DNA from: Balamuthia mandrillaris
Taxonomy: Eukaryota
Reading direction: 5' to 3'
NCBI GenBank assembly: GCA_031835245.2
Contig: JAVKOQ020000006.1
Span: 1-64,000 of the forward strand
DNA: 64,000 bases
Each line of letters starts with the position of its first letter. Positions within the stretch are counted from its first letter, which is position 1. The position numbers were made by a program, and so were the translations under genes. Positions 51,300 through 62,900 of the stretch are shown here, one piece after another. The notes beneath the pieces are model-generated. The model had not been told where the DNA came from. It made no database searches and saw nothing but the letters and a program-made list of their open reading frames with translations.

Positions 51300-52150
51300 A
51301 CAAAGTTGCTTTTAAAAAAACATATTTTGTTTAGGTGAGAAGAAGAAATAAGCTGCTGAGAGAAGAGGAGACATCACAACGAAGGATCCACAGAGGAACG
51401 CGCGCAACAAAAACATGCATTTGGCACGTTGCCGTGGAAGCGAAAAAGAACGAGGGCAAAAACGAAAGAAACGTTCTCTTCGCATCTGTTGCCCTCATTC
51501 GTGCTATCCCCAATTCATCACTCGGCTTAATAGCTGTTTCAGCCTTTGTTAAACCAATTTTTCATTTGTAATATCGTAATTAATACAGCCAAAAAGGACG
51601 AATTCGAACGACAACTTAATCGCGGCCATCATGTTTCTCAGCACCAAAGCTTCCAAGGCCATGAGGCATTCTATGTTTTTCGCCGTTAATACTCGTGACT
51701 TTTGCTTTTTTTTTTAATAGTGAGGCAAAGCTAATATTTCGTGTACGCTAATAACACGACCGGCTACCTCGTTCTTTTCCCCTTTTTGATTAATACCGGC
51801 GGACGTGTCCCCCGACCATTGGCAGAAACTTGGCACCCCAAAAACAGTTTGTTTCTGTTCTGCGTTGTTGTTAGGCAAACAAAGAGAGACAAAACCGAAA
51901 AGGCCATTAACTGTTTATTGTTTTTATTTTTGTTTCGGAACCACAAACCGTAAAACACCAAGTACTAGATACCGCACAGGTAATTGTCAAAAACGGAACA
52001 TTCCCGCGTTCCTTCCCCTCTCTCTCTCTCTCTGTTTGTGCTGTTTGATTTTTTTTGTTTGAATAATTTTCTGGACTAACAACAACATTCAACTCCTCCT
52101 GTTTGAACAACAAATAACAAAACAGAAAAGCAAATACTGTAATATTAAAT

Positions 52151-53758
52151 ATGCTTGCAACTGGTTTATCGCAGGATAAACGGCTGCAGCTGCCCATATC
52201 CCAGGCTTCCTCAGCCTCCGGTGCAACTGCCCTTCCTCCACACCCGCTGCTTTTCCCGACATTTTCTGCTACTGGTTCCTCCGCTGCCTCCTCTGGTGCC
52301 ACTTCCACTCCTTCGTCTTTCTTATCCACCGAAGCCAGCCACAAGCAAATGCTGCTACATCGGGAGAATGACGAACTACGACAGAGCCTTCTGGAAACCT
52401 CCTCCCAGCTGCAACAGCTACAAAGCCAAGTAGCGTGGCAAAGTCAACTCTTGACTCTGCTGCTCAAGAAACAAGTAGAAGAAGGAGGAGAACAGGTTGC
52501 CCCGACCGCTGCTGGCAATGCTTTTCCTTCCTCTTCTTCCTTCTACACATTTGGAAGTGGTCTTCACCCATCCCCTTCCCAGATGACCGCGTCGTCGCCG
52601 CAAGATACCAAGGCAGCGAAAAGAGAAAACAAAGATCCGGGCAACAGCAAAGAGGGCCAGCAGCCGCTGTTGCCTTCGCTGGATTGGATGCTGTCCAGAA
52701 GCGCTTCCATGGCCTCTACTGGTGGTCTCGCCATGCCGGTGCCAGTTACAGCTAATGCTGCCTCTGCGTCCGTGGCGACCACACTTTCTTCGAACCCGTT
52801 GTCTGCACCATTTCTCTGGCAGGTTCCACCTTCTTCTTGGGCTCAATTTCCATCCTTTGGTTCTTCTGCTGCTTCTTCCTCTTTGACTCCCGCTCTTTCA
52901 CCGCCTTCCTCTTCTTCATCTTCCCCCCGGTCCTCCTTTGTTTCTTCGGCCTCTGCATCGCCACATTCCTCCGCTTTGGAAGAAGAAGACGACTACGATC
53001 CCGCTGCCCTTCGAACAATGCTTGCTTTGGCCTCTTCCAAAAACAAACGACCGCGCCCACACACTTCTGCTTCTGCTCCTTCGTCGCCAATGAAACGCGA
53101 TTCCGAGGATGACGACGAGGACGACGATGAAGCTTCTCCCAAGAAGCGTCTTCGCAGCTTATCTGCCGCCGCCGTGGTCGCCGCTTCTGCCTCCACTTCC
53201 TCCTCTTCTCTTTCTCACACAACAAACTCCGAAAAGAAATCCTCCTCTTCCATCTCTTCCTCATCCAACAACGCCAAAAAGAAGAAAGATCAGAACCAAG
53301 TGGCTCTACTTCAGGCCCAATACAAAGTCTCCAAGTTTCCGGACAGACAGACACGGCATCGCTTGGCAGAAGCTTGCGGGTTGACCCCTCGTTGCGTACA
53401 GATCTGGTTCCAAAACCAAAGAGCCAAAGAGAAGAGGAAGAGGAAGAAAAACCATAGCCGGGTCAGCGTGGCCCACCTCGTCAACCCAACCACAACCGCC
53501 TCCGCAATAACAAACCCTAACATTGCACAGCAGCAGCAGAAACAGCAGCCACACCAGAAGGAACCGCAACGTGCAGGAACAACGACCACTGCAGCGACGG
53601 GTTGGATGTTGCCCGTGCCACCAGCTAACTTTTGGTCCACTGCCGCCACCGCGATGAGATCTCAGTTTCAGTCGCAACAACAACGGGGGCCGCGATATCC
53701 AGAAGAGAGCGCATTGCCCGAGAACGTGAAGAGGGAGGGCATCAACGTAGTGAGCTAA
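52151..53758 (+). CDS. Homeodomain transcription factor (single exon) with N-terminal coiled coil
   Basis: QVALLQAQYKVSKFPDRQTRHRLAEACGLTPRCVQIWFQNQRAKEKR. Confidence 0.92.
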   Translation: MLATGLSQDKRLQLPISQASSASGATALPPHPLLFPTFSATGSSAASSGATSTPSSFLSTEASHKQMLLHRENDELRQSLLETSSQLQQLQSQVAWQSQLLTLLLKKQVEEGGEQVAPTAAGNAFPSSSSFYTFGSGLHPSPSQMTASSPQDTKAAKRENKDPGNSKEGQQPLLPSLDWMLSRSASMASTGGLAMPVPVTANAASASVATTLSSNPLSAPFLWQVPPSSWAQFPSFGSSAASSSLTPALSPPSSSSSSPRSSFVSSASASPHSSALEEEDDYDPAALRTMLALASSKNKRPRPHTSASAPSSPMKRDSEDDDEDDDEASPKKRLRSLSAAAVVAASASTSSSSLSHTTNSEKKSSSSISSSSNNAKKKKDQNQVALLQAQYKVSKFPDRQTRHRLAEACGLTPRCVQIWFQNQRAKEKRKRKKNHSRVSVAHLVNPTTTASAITNPNIAQQQQKQQPHQKEPQRAGTTTTAATGWMLPVPPANFWSTAATAMRSQFQSQQQRGPRYPEESALPENVKREGINVVS

Positions 53759-54004
53759 TCGTCAGCAACTCTTTTTCTGCTGTAACTTTTTTTTTATTGT
53801 ATTTAAAACAACAATTTTGCAACGTTTTGTGATGCTCGCATACCCTTTGATTATTTTCGACCAACCATCGCATGACACGTCATTGTTCGCTCTTACCCAT
53901 TCTCGTATCTATCTTGTTCCATGTCGTCACGAAATCCTCCCTTGGTGCACTGAAAAAAAAAAAGTAGCAAACACCCAACAGCAGCAACAAAGACTACAGC
54001 AACG

Positions 54005-55456
54005 ATGAAACTCAACTTCAAGAAGCTCCCTGAGCAAGTGCCTCTTGTGTTGGAGATCGATGAGAATGCCACGGTGTTGGATCTAAAGTCCAAACTGGAA
54101 GGGCTACACAACTTTCCCGTCTCTGCCCAGAAAGTCATATTTGCAGGCAAGATCCTCGCAGACAGCGCCTCGCTGTCCTCTGCCGGAGTCAAAGACGGCA
54201 GCAACCTTGTTTTGTTGGTGAGAGGAGGGGAAGGAGGAGCAGCTGCTCCCACTCCCACTGCAGAAAAGCCAACCCAACAACAACAGACACTAGAAAAGGA
54301 GGGCACCACGACAACGACGACAGCAACGCCAATGGAAGAGGAGGAGAAAAAGAGTAGTGAACCTGCTGCTGCTTCTGCTACAACTGCTGCCACTGAGGAG
54401 GCAGCAGCAACGAAAACAGAGACGGCAGTAGCGCAACCTCCTGCTGAACTTGTGGCAAAGTGAGTGACTTTCTCTTTTTACTTGATTATGGAATTCACTC
54501 ATTTTCACTGTTCTCTACTTTTCTTCTTCGTTGTTCCATCTTCTTTCTTCAACAACAACTAAGCTTGACAGCAATGGGCTTCGAGGAAAGTCAAGCCGTT
54601 CGTGCTCTGCGAGCCACCAGTAACAACACCCAACAAGCTTGTGAACTGTTGCTCAGCGGAGTGCCTCTTCCATCAGAAGAAGAAACGGCCTCTCTTCCCT
54701 CTTTCACAGCCACAACCACCACCACCACCACAACCACTTCTTCGGATGCTACTTCTCCATCCGGCGAAGAGCAGCAACAAGCATCAAACACGGAGTTGAG
54801 AGCTGCAAACTCGGCCATTGTGGCCTCCACATTGATGTCCGGTCTTGTACAGAAGCTCAACCAAACCAATCCCGAAGATCCCTTTGAATGGGTTATTGCA
54901 CAGCCACAATTTCAAAGCATTAAACGCATCGTTCAGGTTCAGTATTCTCTTCCCCTTCGTTTCTCTTTCTATTCTATCTTCTCCTTTCTCTTTTCTTATC
55001 ATTCCCTTGCCTGTTATGACCAACGTTCTGATGTTGAACCTCGTAATAACAAAACAGGGAAAACCTGAAATGTTGCCCGAGTTGATGGAGCAACTGGGTC
55101 AGGCCAGCTCACAGCTAAGGGACCTGCTACGTGGACATGAAGATGAGTTTGCTTCCTTCCTTATGGAATCCGAAGAAGAAATGGCACCTTCCCTGTCTGG
55201 TAACTTTCTTCCTCCTTTTCTCTTATCTTTTCTTCCTCACTCTTCTGTCAAACAAATATACTAACCAAACGCAGCACCTTCTTTTGGAACCTCCTTCGGG
55301 GGCGGGCAAGCAGCATCAACGTTAACACAACAGGATGAATCCTCCATCAGCCGACTGATGGAGTTGGGTTTCAGCAAAGAACAAGCCAAAACGGCCTTTC
55401 TTCGATGTGCCAAAAACGAGGAGATGGCCGCCAACTTTTTGTTCGAGAATTCATAA
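54005..55456 (+). CDS. RAD23: RAD23-like ubiquitin shuttle (UBL-UBA-STI1/XPC-binding-UBA)
   Basis: UBL QKVIFAGKIL; UBA AMGFEESQAVRALRATSNN; QPQFQSIKRIVQ..PEMLP; UBA ISRLMELGFSK...CAKNEEMAANFLFE*. Confidence 0.9.
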
Positions 55457-55898
55457 GGGGTTTAGGAACGGGTCCCTTGTTTTGTAGACATTTGTTGCCC
55501 ATCTCACCTCTTCTCTTTTATTCCTTTTCTACACTCCTCTTCAATGCTTTTAGCATTTTTTCTATTCTCTGTTTTGTCCACAGCTCGTCCAACCCCACAG
55601 GAGGCACGTCCCTCCTCTTTCTTTAGTACAAGCCCGGAGGAGTAGACAAAACCAAGATAACACGTCCTTGAGGTGCTACACTTTCTTTACCAACCACATG
55701 TTGAAGCTCCAGTTCCTTTCGTCTTTGGTTATTGCGTTTTTCCTTGAAGGGAGGAATGCGCAGTAACCAGGATGCAGCTGTTCATTTCATTTATCTTTTT
55801 TTCTTTCCTACCCCTTTTTCTGTCTCCGACCAGAGACAACCAGTTACTCCCGTTTAGTAGTTTGTCTTGTACCTCGCACAAACCAAACAAAATACACA

Positions 55899-56376
55899 AT
55901 GGAGGACACAACAGCAGCCGTCCCAACGAACGACGAAGAGCATCCACAAGAAACCAGCACCTGCCTGCGTTGCGATCTCCCTCACTCCCAATGGGGCAAC
56001 CAACCCTGTCGCTTTCACCCCGGAGAAATCAAACAAAACGAGGAGGACCACCACTTGTTCTCTGCGACTCGCACCTGGAGCTGCTGTGATGCTCCCATCG
56101 AACAGCTCGGCTGCCAGACGAAAGAAGCTGCTAGTGGAGGGGGTCACTTGGGAGATCCCTCGTCGCCATCGCTACCCCAAGTCTTCCATTGCAAACGGTG
56201 CCTAAAGGATATTTACAGCAGCAAAGACCGGAACGGTCAAGCACAAGGTGCCAACGCTTGGCTATGAGCGCCATTCCCCTATCCCCACCAAAGTGGAGCT
56301 GGTGGCTCATTGGTCTTGTTGTAAAAAGGCGACCGGTTGGTGGCCTTGTCAAATGCTGCCTCGTCACGAGCTATAA
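55899..56376 (+). pseudogene. Two-repeat Cys/His (Btk-type zinc finger/CHORD-like) protein, frameshifted in repeat 2
   Basis: Repeat 1 is CLRC...CRFHPG...WSCC...GC. Repeat 2 starts CKRC and continues HWSCCKK..WPCQ..HEL* in another frame. Confidence 0.55.
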
Positions 56377-56387
56377 TTTTCATTTTT

Positions 56388-56572
56388 CTTTCTTCTTCTT
56401 CTTGTTCTTCTTCTTGTTCTTCTTCTTCTTCTTGTTCTTCTTCTTGTTCTTCTTCTTCTTCTTCTTCTTGTTCTTGTTCTTGTTCTTCTTCTTCTTCTTG
56501 TTCTTGTTGTTCTTCTTGTTGTTCTTCTTGTTCTTGTTGTTCTTCTTCTTCTTCTTCTTCTTCTTCTTCTTC
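56388..56572. repeat. Compound (TTC)/(TTG) microsatellite
   Basis: Read directly from the sequence. Confidence 0.9.
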
Positions 56573-56713
56573 CTCGTCACCCTTTGCCTCCAGTTCGGTT
56601 CTTCTTCGTAAGGACTGATGTCATGTCGTCCTGGTATAATTCTCCGTCTACCGGATTATTTCCCCCCGTCTTGTGCCTAGCAAAAAAACAAAGCACCGTT
56701 CGGGGAGGACCAC

Positions 56714-57703
56714 ATGTTGTTGGAGTTCAGGGTGACGACTAGCGTGCTGGTGGGCTCTTTGGGAATAGGAGCGCTCTTCTCGTTCGTGCTGCTACTTTTT
56801 TTGGTGGTGGTGGTATTTCCAGTGGCCCCCTCCTCCTTCCTCCTCTTTCTGCTCTCGCCCTTTGCCCCCACTTTTTCCGGTTCTTCAGTCTTCTCTCCAT
56901 TCGTACGTTTTTAACAGAAAAAAAAAAACCTCACCCTCCCCTGTTGTTCATCTCACCTTCTGTGTGTTTTGTTTCTCTAAAACAAAAGAAGTCCAGACGA
57001 GAAAAACAACAGCCACAACAACAGAAGGAAGATTCTACGGAACTAATAATGAGGCAAAGCAACAACGGAGAGGGCATGCTCCCTTTGCACGAAGAAAAAG
57101 AAAAAGAGTATGGAGGCGTTGTCGCATTAACAACAACGGCGGCCTCGCACCGTTTCCTCAAGAAACATTTTAGCCGACCCACTTTTTGTAACTATTGCCG
57201 TTCTTTTGTTTGGGGTTTCGGTCGTCAGGCTTATTCTTGCACCAGTTTGTATTGTTTCTTTGTTTCTTTCGTTCTTCCGTCCTTCTTTGTTCCTTTGTGC
57301 TTTTGCTTCTTTCTTTTTTTGTTGCTTTCTTCCCTTCCTTCCTTTCGTGTTGTTTTAACCACAACACCAAAACAGTCTGTAAATATGCAATCCACAAACG
57401 ATGTTTGAAAGGACTCAACAAGAAAGCGCCTCCCACCTGTCAACCAACAACCATTCCTTCACTCTTTTTCTCAACGTTGCCCACATCCTTCAACATATCC
57501 CACCACAACGACAAAGAAAAAGAAAACGACGATCAAGACGAAAAACTACTCGAGTCTTTCGAGCTGTTTAAGAAGCATCATTGGTTAGAGGCGAACATCA
57601 AAGCTGGCAGTCAGTGTGCTGTCTGCGTTGCTCCAATCCCCACTTTTGGGTTACAAGGCTTTCGATGTTCTCGTTGTTTTCAAACTGTACGTTAATCTCT
57701 TGG

Positions 57704-57746
<43 letters not shown>

Positions 57747-59451
57747 AATAAACAAAAAAAAGGTACATACGAATTGTATGAAAAACATGAAGGACGAGCA
57801 CTGTCTACCGCGTCACTGGCGGTTGCTTTGGCTTGGTGCCCCTTCTTCTTTGGACACAACAAACATCCACGCACACCAACCTCACAATTCTGTCGAACAA
57901 GAAACATCAACAACAGAAATAACAAACTACTTTCAACCAGAAAACACGCCCTTGATCGCTTTCATCAACTCGAAAGGGAGAGGAGCAGAAGTGGAAGAGC
58001 TGAAGCGACGGTTAGAACGGTGGCTGGGTCCCAATCAAATCTTTGAATTGACGGAGCAACAGCCGACAGCCGTTTTGGATAAGTTCAGGTTTGTGCCAAA
58101 CTTGCGGGTGTTAGCCTGCGGAGGGGATGGTACCATGGCGTGGGTCCTTCAGTCAATTCATAAAGCACGACTCCCCATCACGCCCGCGCTTTGTCCTTTG
58201 CCTGTACGCTATTTATTGTTTTTGCTTCTCTCTTGCCTTTCTTTTTAACTCTCTTCAAAATCAAAGTTAGGAACAGGGAATGACTTAGCACGTACATTGG
58301 GGTGGGGTGGTGGCTACGATGGAGAGTCACTCTCTCCTATCTTACGACAAATAGAAGCAGCCGAAGTTGTTCGCCTGGATCAGTTTTGTTTCTCTCTTTT
58401 TATCCTTTTATGTTATCAACAGAAATACTGACAACAATGTTTTTTAAGATGGAAAGTGAAGGTTAGTCCTGAGGTGAAGAACAACAACGAAGAACATCAC
58501 AGCTTCATCATGAACAACTACTTCAGCATTGGTATAAACCCTATCTGCTCTCTCTCTCTCTCCCCCTATCTTTCGCTCATTTTTTCAACTCAAAAAACAA
58601 TAATAAAAAGGAGTGGACGCAAGAATAGCAATGAAGTTTCACGAACTGCGCGAAGAAATGCCGTCGCTGTGCTCCACACGATTAGCCAACAAGTTCTTCT
58701 ATGCAAACTACGGGCTTCATGCGATGGTAGAAGACGTAATCGCCGACATTCCTCCCGTCGACAAAGTCTTAACATTGCAGGTGGACGGCAAGCTGGTTCC
58801 TTTGCCGCAAGACTTGGGTGGTATTTGCATCATCAATCTTCCTTCTTACATGGGTGGATGCAACTTGTGGGGAACTTCTTTGTCGGATGAAGAAGGAGAA
58901 AGTAACGATGGAGAGATTTCACAGGAGTCAAGAGAAGAAACGAAAAAGTGGAGAGAGCAAAGAATAGATGATGGTCTATTGGAAGTGGTTGGTTTGGCCA
59001 ATACCTTTCACATGGCCACTATTCAGGTTAACTTGGCAAACGCCGTTCGTATCGCGCAAGGTACCACTGTACGGGTTGAGTACTTTGATGATAGAGAAAC
59101 ATGCATGCAGGTTTGTGTATCCTCTTTACCCTTCTCGCTCTTTCTTGCTCTCGCTATCTCCGTTTTATGTTTCGTGTTACCAAACAACTAAACAAAAACA
59201 CTATTTATAAACCAAAGGTGGACGGAGAGCCACATCGCTTACGCAAAGGAGTGGTGGAAGTTGCCTACAAGCGGACCACCTTTTGTCTGAAGAAAAAAGA
59301 GAAAGAGGAGGACGAAAAGGAAGAGCCGACGTTTGAAGGAAGGAGCTTGTTGGCCACAATGATGCCCGCCATGTTGCCCGAAGGTCGTTTTGAGGCTCTC
59401 AAAACCCAATGCAGCGATCTTCAGGAAGTGTTTTACTCTCTTTTTGAGTAA
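56714..59451 (+). CDS. DGK: Diacylglycerol kinase with N-terminal TM segment, two C1 domains, DAGKc and DAGKa
   Basis: C1 [17 protein letters not shown] and HHWLEANI...[67 protein letters not shown]. Confidence 0.95.
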
Positions 59452-59546
59452 AAAAACAAAGAGCCCGTGGCCCTTGGGCCAAAGCAAATTGTACAAATAA
59501 AATTTTTGTTGTTCTGCAAACACAAACGAGAAGGGAAGAAAGGGCA

Positions 59547-62529
59547 CTAGTCTTCCTCGAGAATCTCAAGAAGCGCTTGCTTGATGTGAGCAGCATTTGG
59601 CCGCTTCTCCGGATGAAACTCGGTACAGTCCTCAAACAAACTGATCAAAGGTATCAAGTCTTTGTGTTCTCTTGTTCTCTGTTGTTGCTGCTGGACTGGC
59701 TTTTTCGTCTTCTTTTTCTTCTTTCCTGCTTCTTCTCCTTCCGTTCCCTCCTTTTCATTTTTGTGATCACCATTTCGAGGAGAAGAAGGAAGCAAGAGAG
59801 GCGGTCGTTCCCCTCTAGCTATCTTCTCCATGACGAGATGGTCCTCTTTCTCATCCACATAGGGCTTATTGAATGTGATCAGCTCATAGAGAACCATGCC
59901 AAAGCTCCATACATCAGCCGCGTAGGAATAGCGAGCATGTTGTTGATGATGAAGGCCATTGCTAGCTTCTTCACGTTGACTGTTATTTATGTTGCCAGAT
60001 GATAGAGTTCGTGGTGATGTTGACGCTGATAAAGAAGATGAAGAGGAGGATGGTAAGGAGAGAAGATTGGAGGAACTGCCGATGCCAAAACTTGCGAGAA
60101 CTTCAGGGGCCACCCCACGAATGCTTCCTCCTCCACCCACGCCCGAAGAAGACGAAGAGGTTAACAAACTTCGTTTCCTGGTCGAAGCAGAAGAAGTGAT
60201 CTTTTTGGCGTGTTCAAAGTTTCCGATGGCCAAATGCTTGAAGAGTAGAGTGGAAGGTTCGAAGAAGCCCAAAATATTTTCCGGTTGAAGCTCGCGATGC
60301 ACGATGCGATGCTCGTGAAGGAACTCCAATCCTCGAATTATGTCGAGTGCATAACTGACGATTTGGGAGGTGGAGAGGGAGTAATCATCCTCTGGATGTT
60401 TGGCTTGGAGCTTGATGCGGAGGTCGAGCACGTGACGGAGATTACAGTCGTAGCGGGTGGTGAAGACGCGCAGTTTGTTGTCCACGAATTCGTGGAAGAG
60501 ATATCGCTCGATATTCATGTGATAAGGAAGTCTAGACGAATTATCGAAAGGGAGAGAGAGAGAGAGAGCGAGATTAGAGTTTAAAGAAGAAAAAAAAACG
60601 GAGAAAGAAAGCAAGACTACTAACCCTTCCAAGATATTAAGTTCCTGCTCCAAAATGGCAAAGTCTTCGGCGGACTGATGTTGTTTCATGGCACACAACC
60701 AACCTTCAATACAACACCCATAAACTTCGACTCCACTGGAGGGACATTCCACCGCAGAAAGTCGTTCCAAGATTTGCAGATTTGACGTTTGCAACTTGAG
60801 GCATAGCAGAGACTTTTTCACCTTTGGTTTCTTTACGCGTCGAAGTTTTTCGTTGGAGCGACTGAGAATCTCTTCCGTTTCTTTCTTGGCCGCCACTGCT
60901 TGTTCTGCCTGTCGTTTCTTCTCGTTGAGTTCCGTGTTCAGGTTTTTGAGCATGCGAAGCGCTTTCGCTGTGTTATTGTAGTCTGGGTGACTTTCTGGTG
61001 TTACTTCCATCAATTTCTTTTGAAGAGAAATGTTAATGAAGCAAAACGACAATGGAGAGAAAAACAGAAAGGCAGTACAGAAAAGAGAAGAGCGTATCGA
61101 GGAATCTGCTGAATTGGGCATATGAGAAGAGAATCTAACGTTGTCATTCCGGTTTCTTCTGCTTGCTTATCGCACGTCTAAGGTAGAAAATGATGAGGTT
61201 CGTAATGTTTGGGAACAGTAGAGAAGAAGATAATAGGAACATACGTCTAAAAAAGCAGCAAATGTTCGAGACTTTGCTTTTAACTTGTTGATGGCGTTTA
61301 CAGAATACACGTAACTGAGAAAATAAGCTCCATATGTACGCATGAACCCTCCCTTTTTGTGTTGATTTTAAAAAAAGGAGGTTAATGTTGGTAAGAAAGA
61401 AAGAAACCGAAAGAAGAACAAAAGTAAACCTCTTTAAGAAAGATATCGCTAAAGTGAGAAGTTTTGACGTTCCAGCTTGCTTCATCCACTCTTCTCTTCA
61501 TGCTTTGCTGGAATCGACTGTGTTGGTCCAAAAAGCCTTCAAACTGAGTGAAGATGAGGCCGATGGCCTGTTTTCTGGAGAGCTCCTCCCACGACTGTAA
61601 CTTTCGAGCATAGACTTGAACTAAGATCTCCAAATTCTTCAAATAATTGCTTTCCATTGTTAAGACCTCTCTAACGAATCGGTCTCTCTGCTCCATCATT
61701 TCTTCTTCATCTCTTTCTTCCTCTACTGCTTTCTCTTTCGTTGTTTCTGTTTCATCTTGTGTTTTGGACAACGAAAAAGAGCGAATAAGAGGAGGATCAG
61801 CTGTAACCGAACGATTCCTTTGCTTCGATGAAGAAAGGTACTTGTTTTTGTCTCTCTCTTCATCCAATGAAAGTTGTCCGGAAGAACCAGATGACGAAGC
61901 AGACGACGACGGAGAGAGTATTGCAGAAGAAGAGGCAGAAAAAGAGTTCGTCAGTTGATCTTTTCGTTGGCCTAAAGCAGCTGCGAGCTCATAGATGGAA
62001 AAGCTTTTTTGGGTCTGTAACGTGCGAGGTGTCGTCGAAGCGGACTTGGAGAGGATCGTCTCGTTCTCGTTTTCCTCGTAGCTTGCGGAGAGTGGGGAGT
62101 TTTTGCGAGAGTGCGACTGGTGACGTTTGCGTCGTGAAGAAGAAGAGGAGGACTTCACTGGCGAACTGTCCAAATGAATAGTTGCTGCTCTTCCCTTTTT
62201 GCTCTTTTTCTTTCCTGTTACACAAAAATAAGTAAAGTAAATCATTTGCTTTGAGGCAAGGAAAAAAGATCAAGAGAGATGAACGAACCGTTTTGCTCTT
62301 CTTTTTTCCTACTTTTTTTCTTCTTTTTACGGTCTTCTTCTTGTTGTTGCAGTGGAAGCGTTAGGGGAGGAGGCATCAAATTGAGGCGCAGCAAGGATGG
62401 ACTAATGCCAGTATGAGCTTCCCTCTCTCCTCCTCCTCCAACTTTACCGCCCCCAATCGTGTTTGACGTGTCGGCCTCATCAGGGTTCGAGGAACCAGAA
62501 GCACGCAAAGGCGGCGTTATGCTGCTCAT
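59547..62529 (-). CDS. RhoGEF (DH) domain fused to a predicted pseudokinase
   Basis: DH motifs EVLTMESNYLKNL, LICPIQQIPRY, TPESHPDY, LNEKKR. Kinase-fold motifs GLEFLHEHRIVHRELQPENI, GNFEHA, APE, ADVWSFGMVLYELIT, PEKRP. Confidence 0.85.
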
Positions 62530-62900
62530 TATTTTTTTTTTAATTTTGTGTTCGTCTCTTCTTCTTCTTCTTCCTCTTCTTCTTCGGCTACTTCTTCCGC
62601 CCCCTTGTGCCTCGTCTTCTCCTGCTACTCTTTTTTTTTTAATGCTACTTCTTTTGGCAAACAGTATTTTGCTGTGTCTTTCTTGTCTCAGTCGGCAGAA
62701 AACCCTTTTTTTGTTTTTCCCGCCTTTTTTGCTTACTTGAAATTAATTAACAAACTCCCGATAATTTTACGTTATGATTATCAAGAAAATTTGAAATTAT
62801 TTTCATAAATTTGAAATTAGTTTTTCAAATGAAAATTTTTTCATAAAATCGGAAATATTCCAACAGAAGAATAAATTAAGAAAAAACAATAAAAGAAAAG

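Noticed and set aside
62740..62900. AT-rich imperfect palindromes (TTTGAAA...TTTCAAA) as a terminus of a PPR-carrying element
   Set aside because: No matching terminus or TSD was found downstream of the DYW stop within the window; low complexity explains it.
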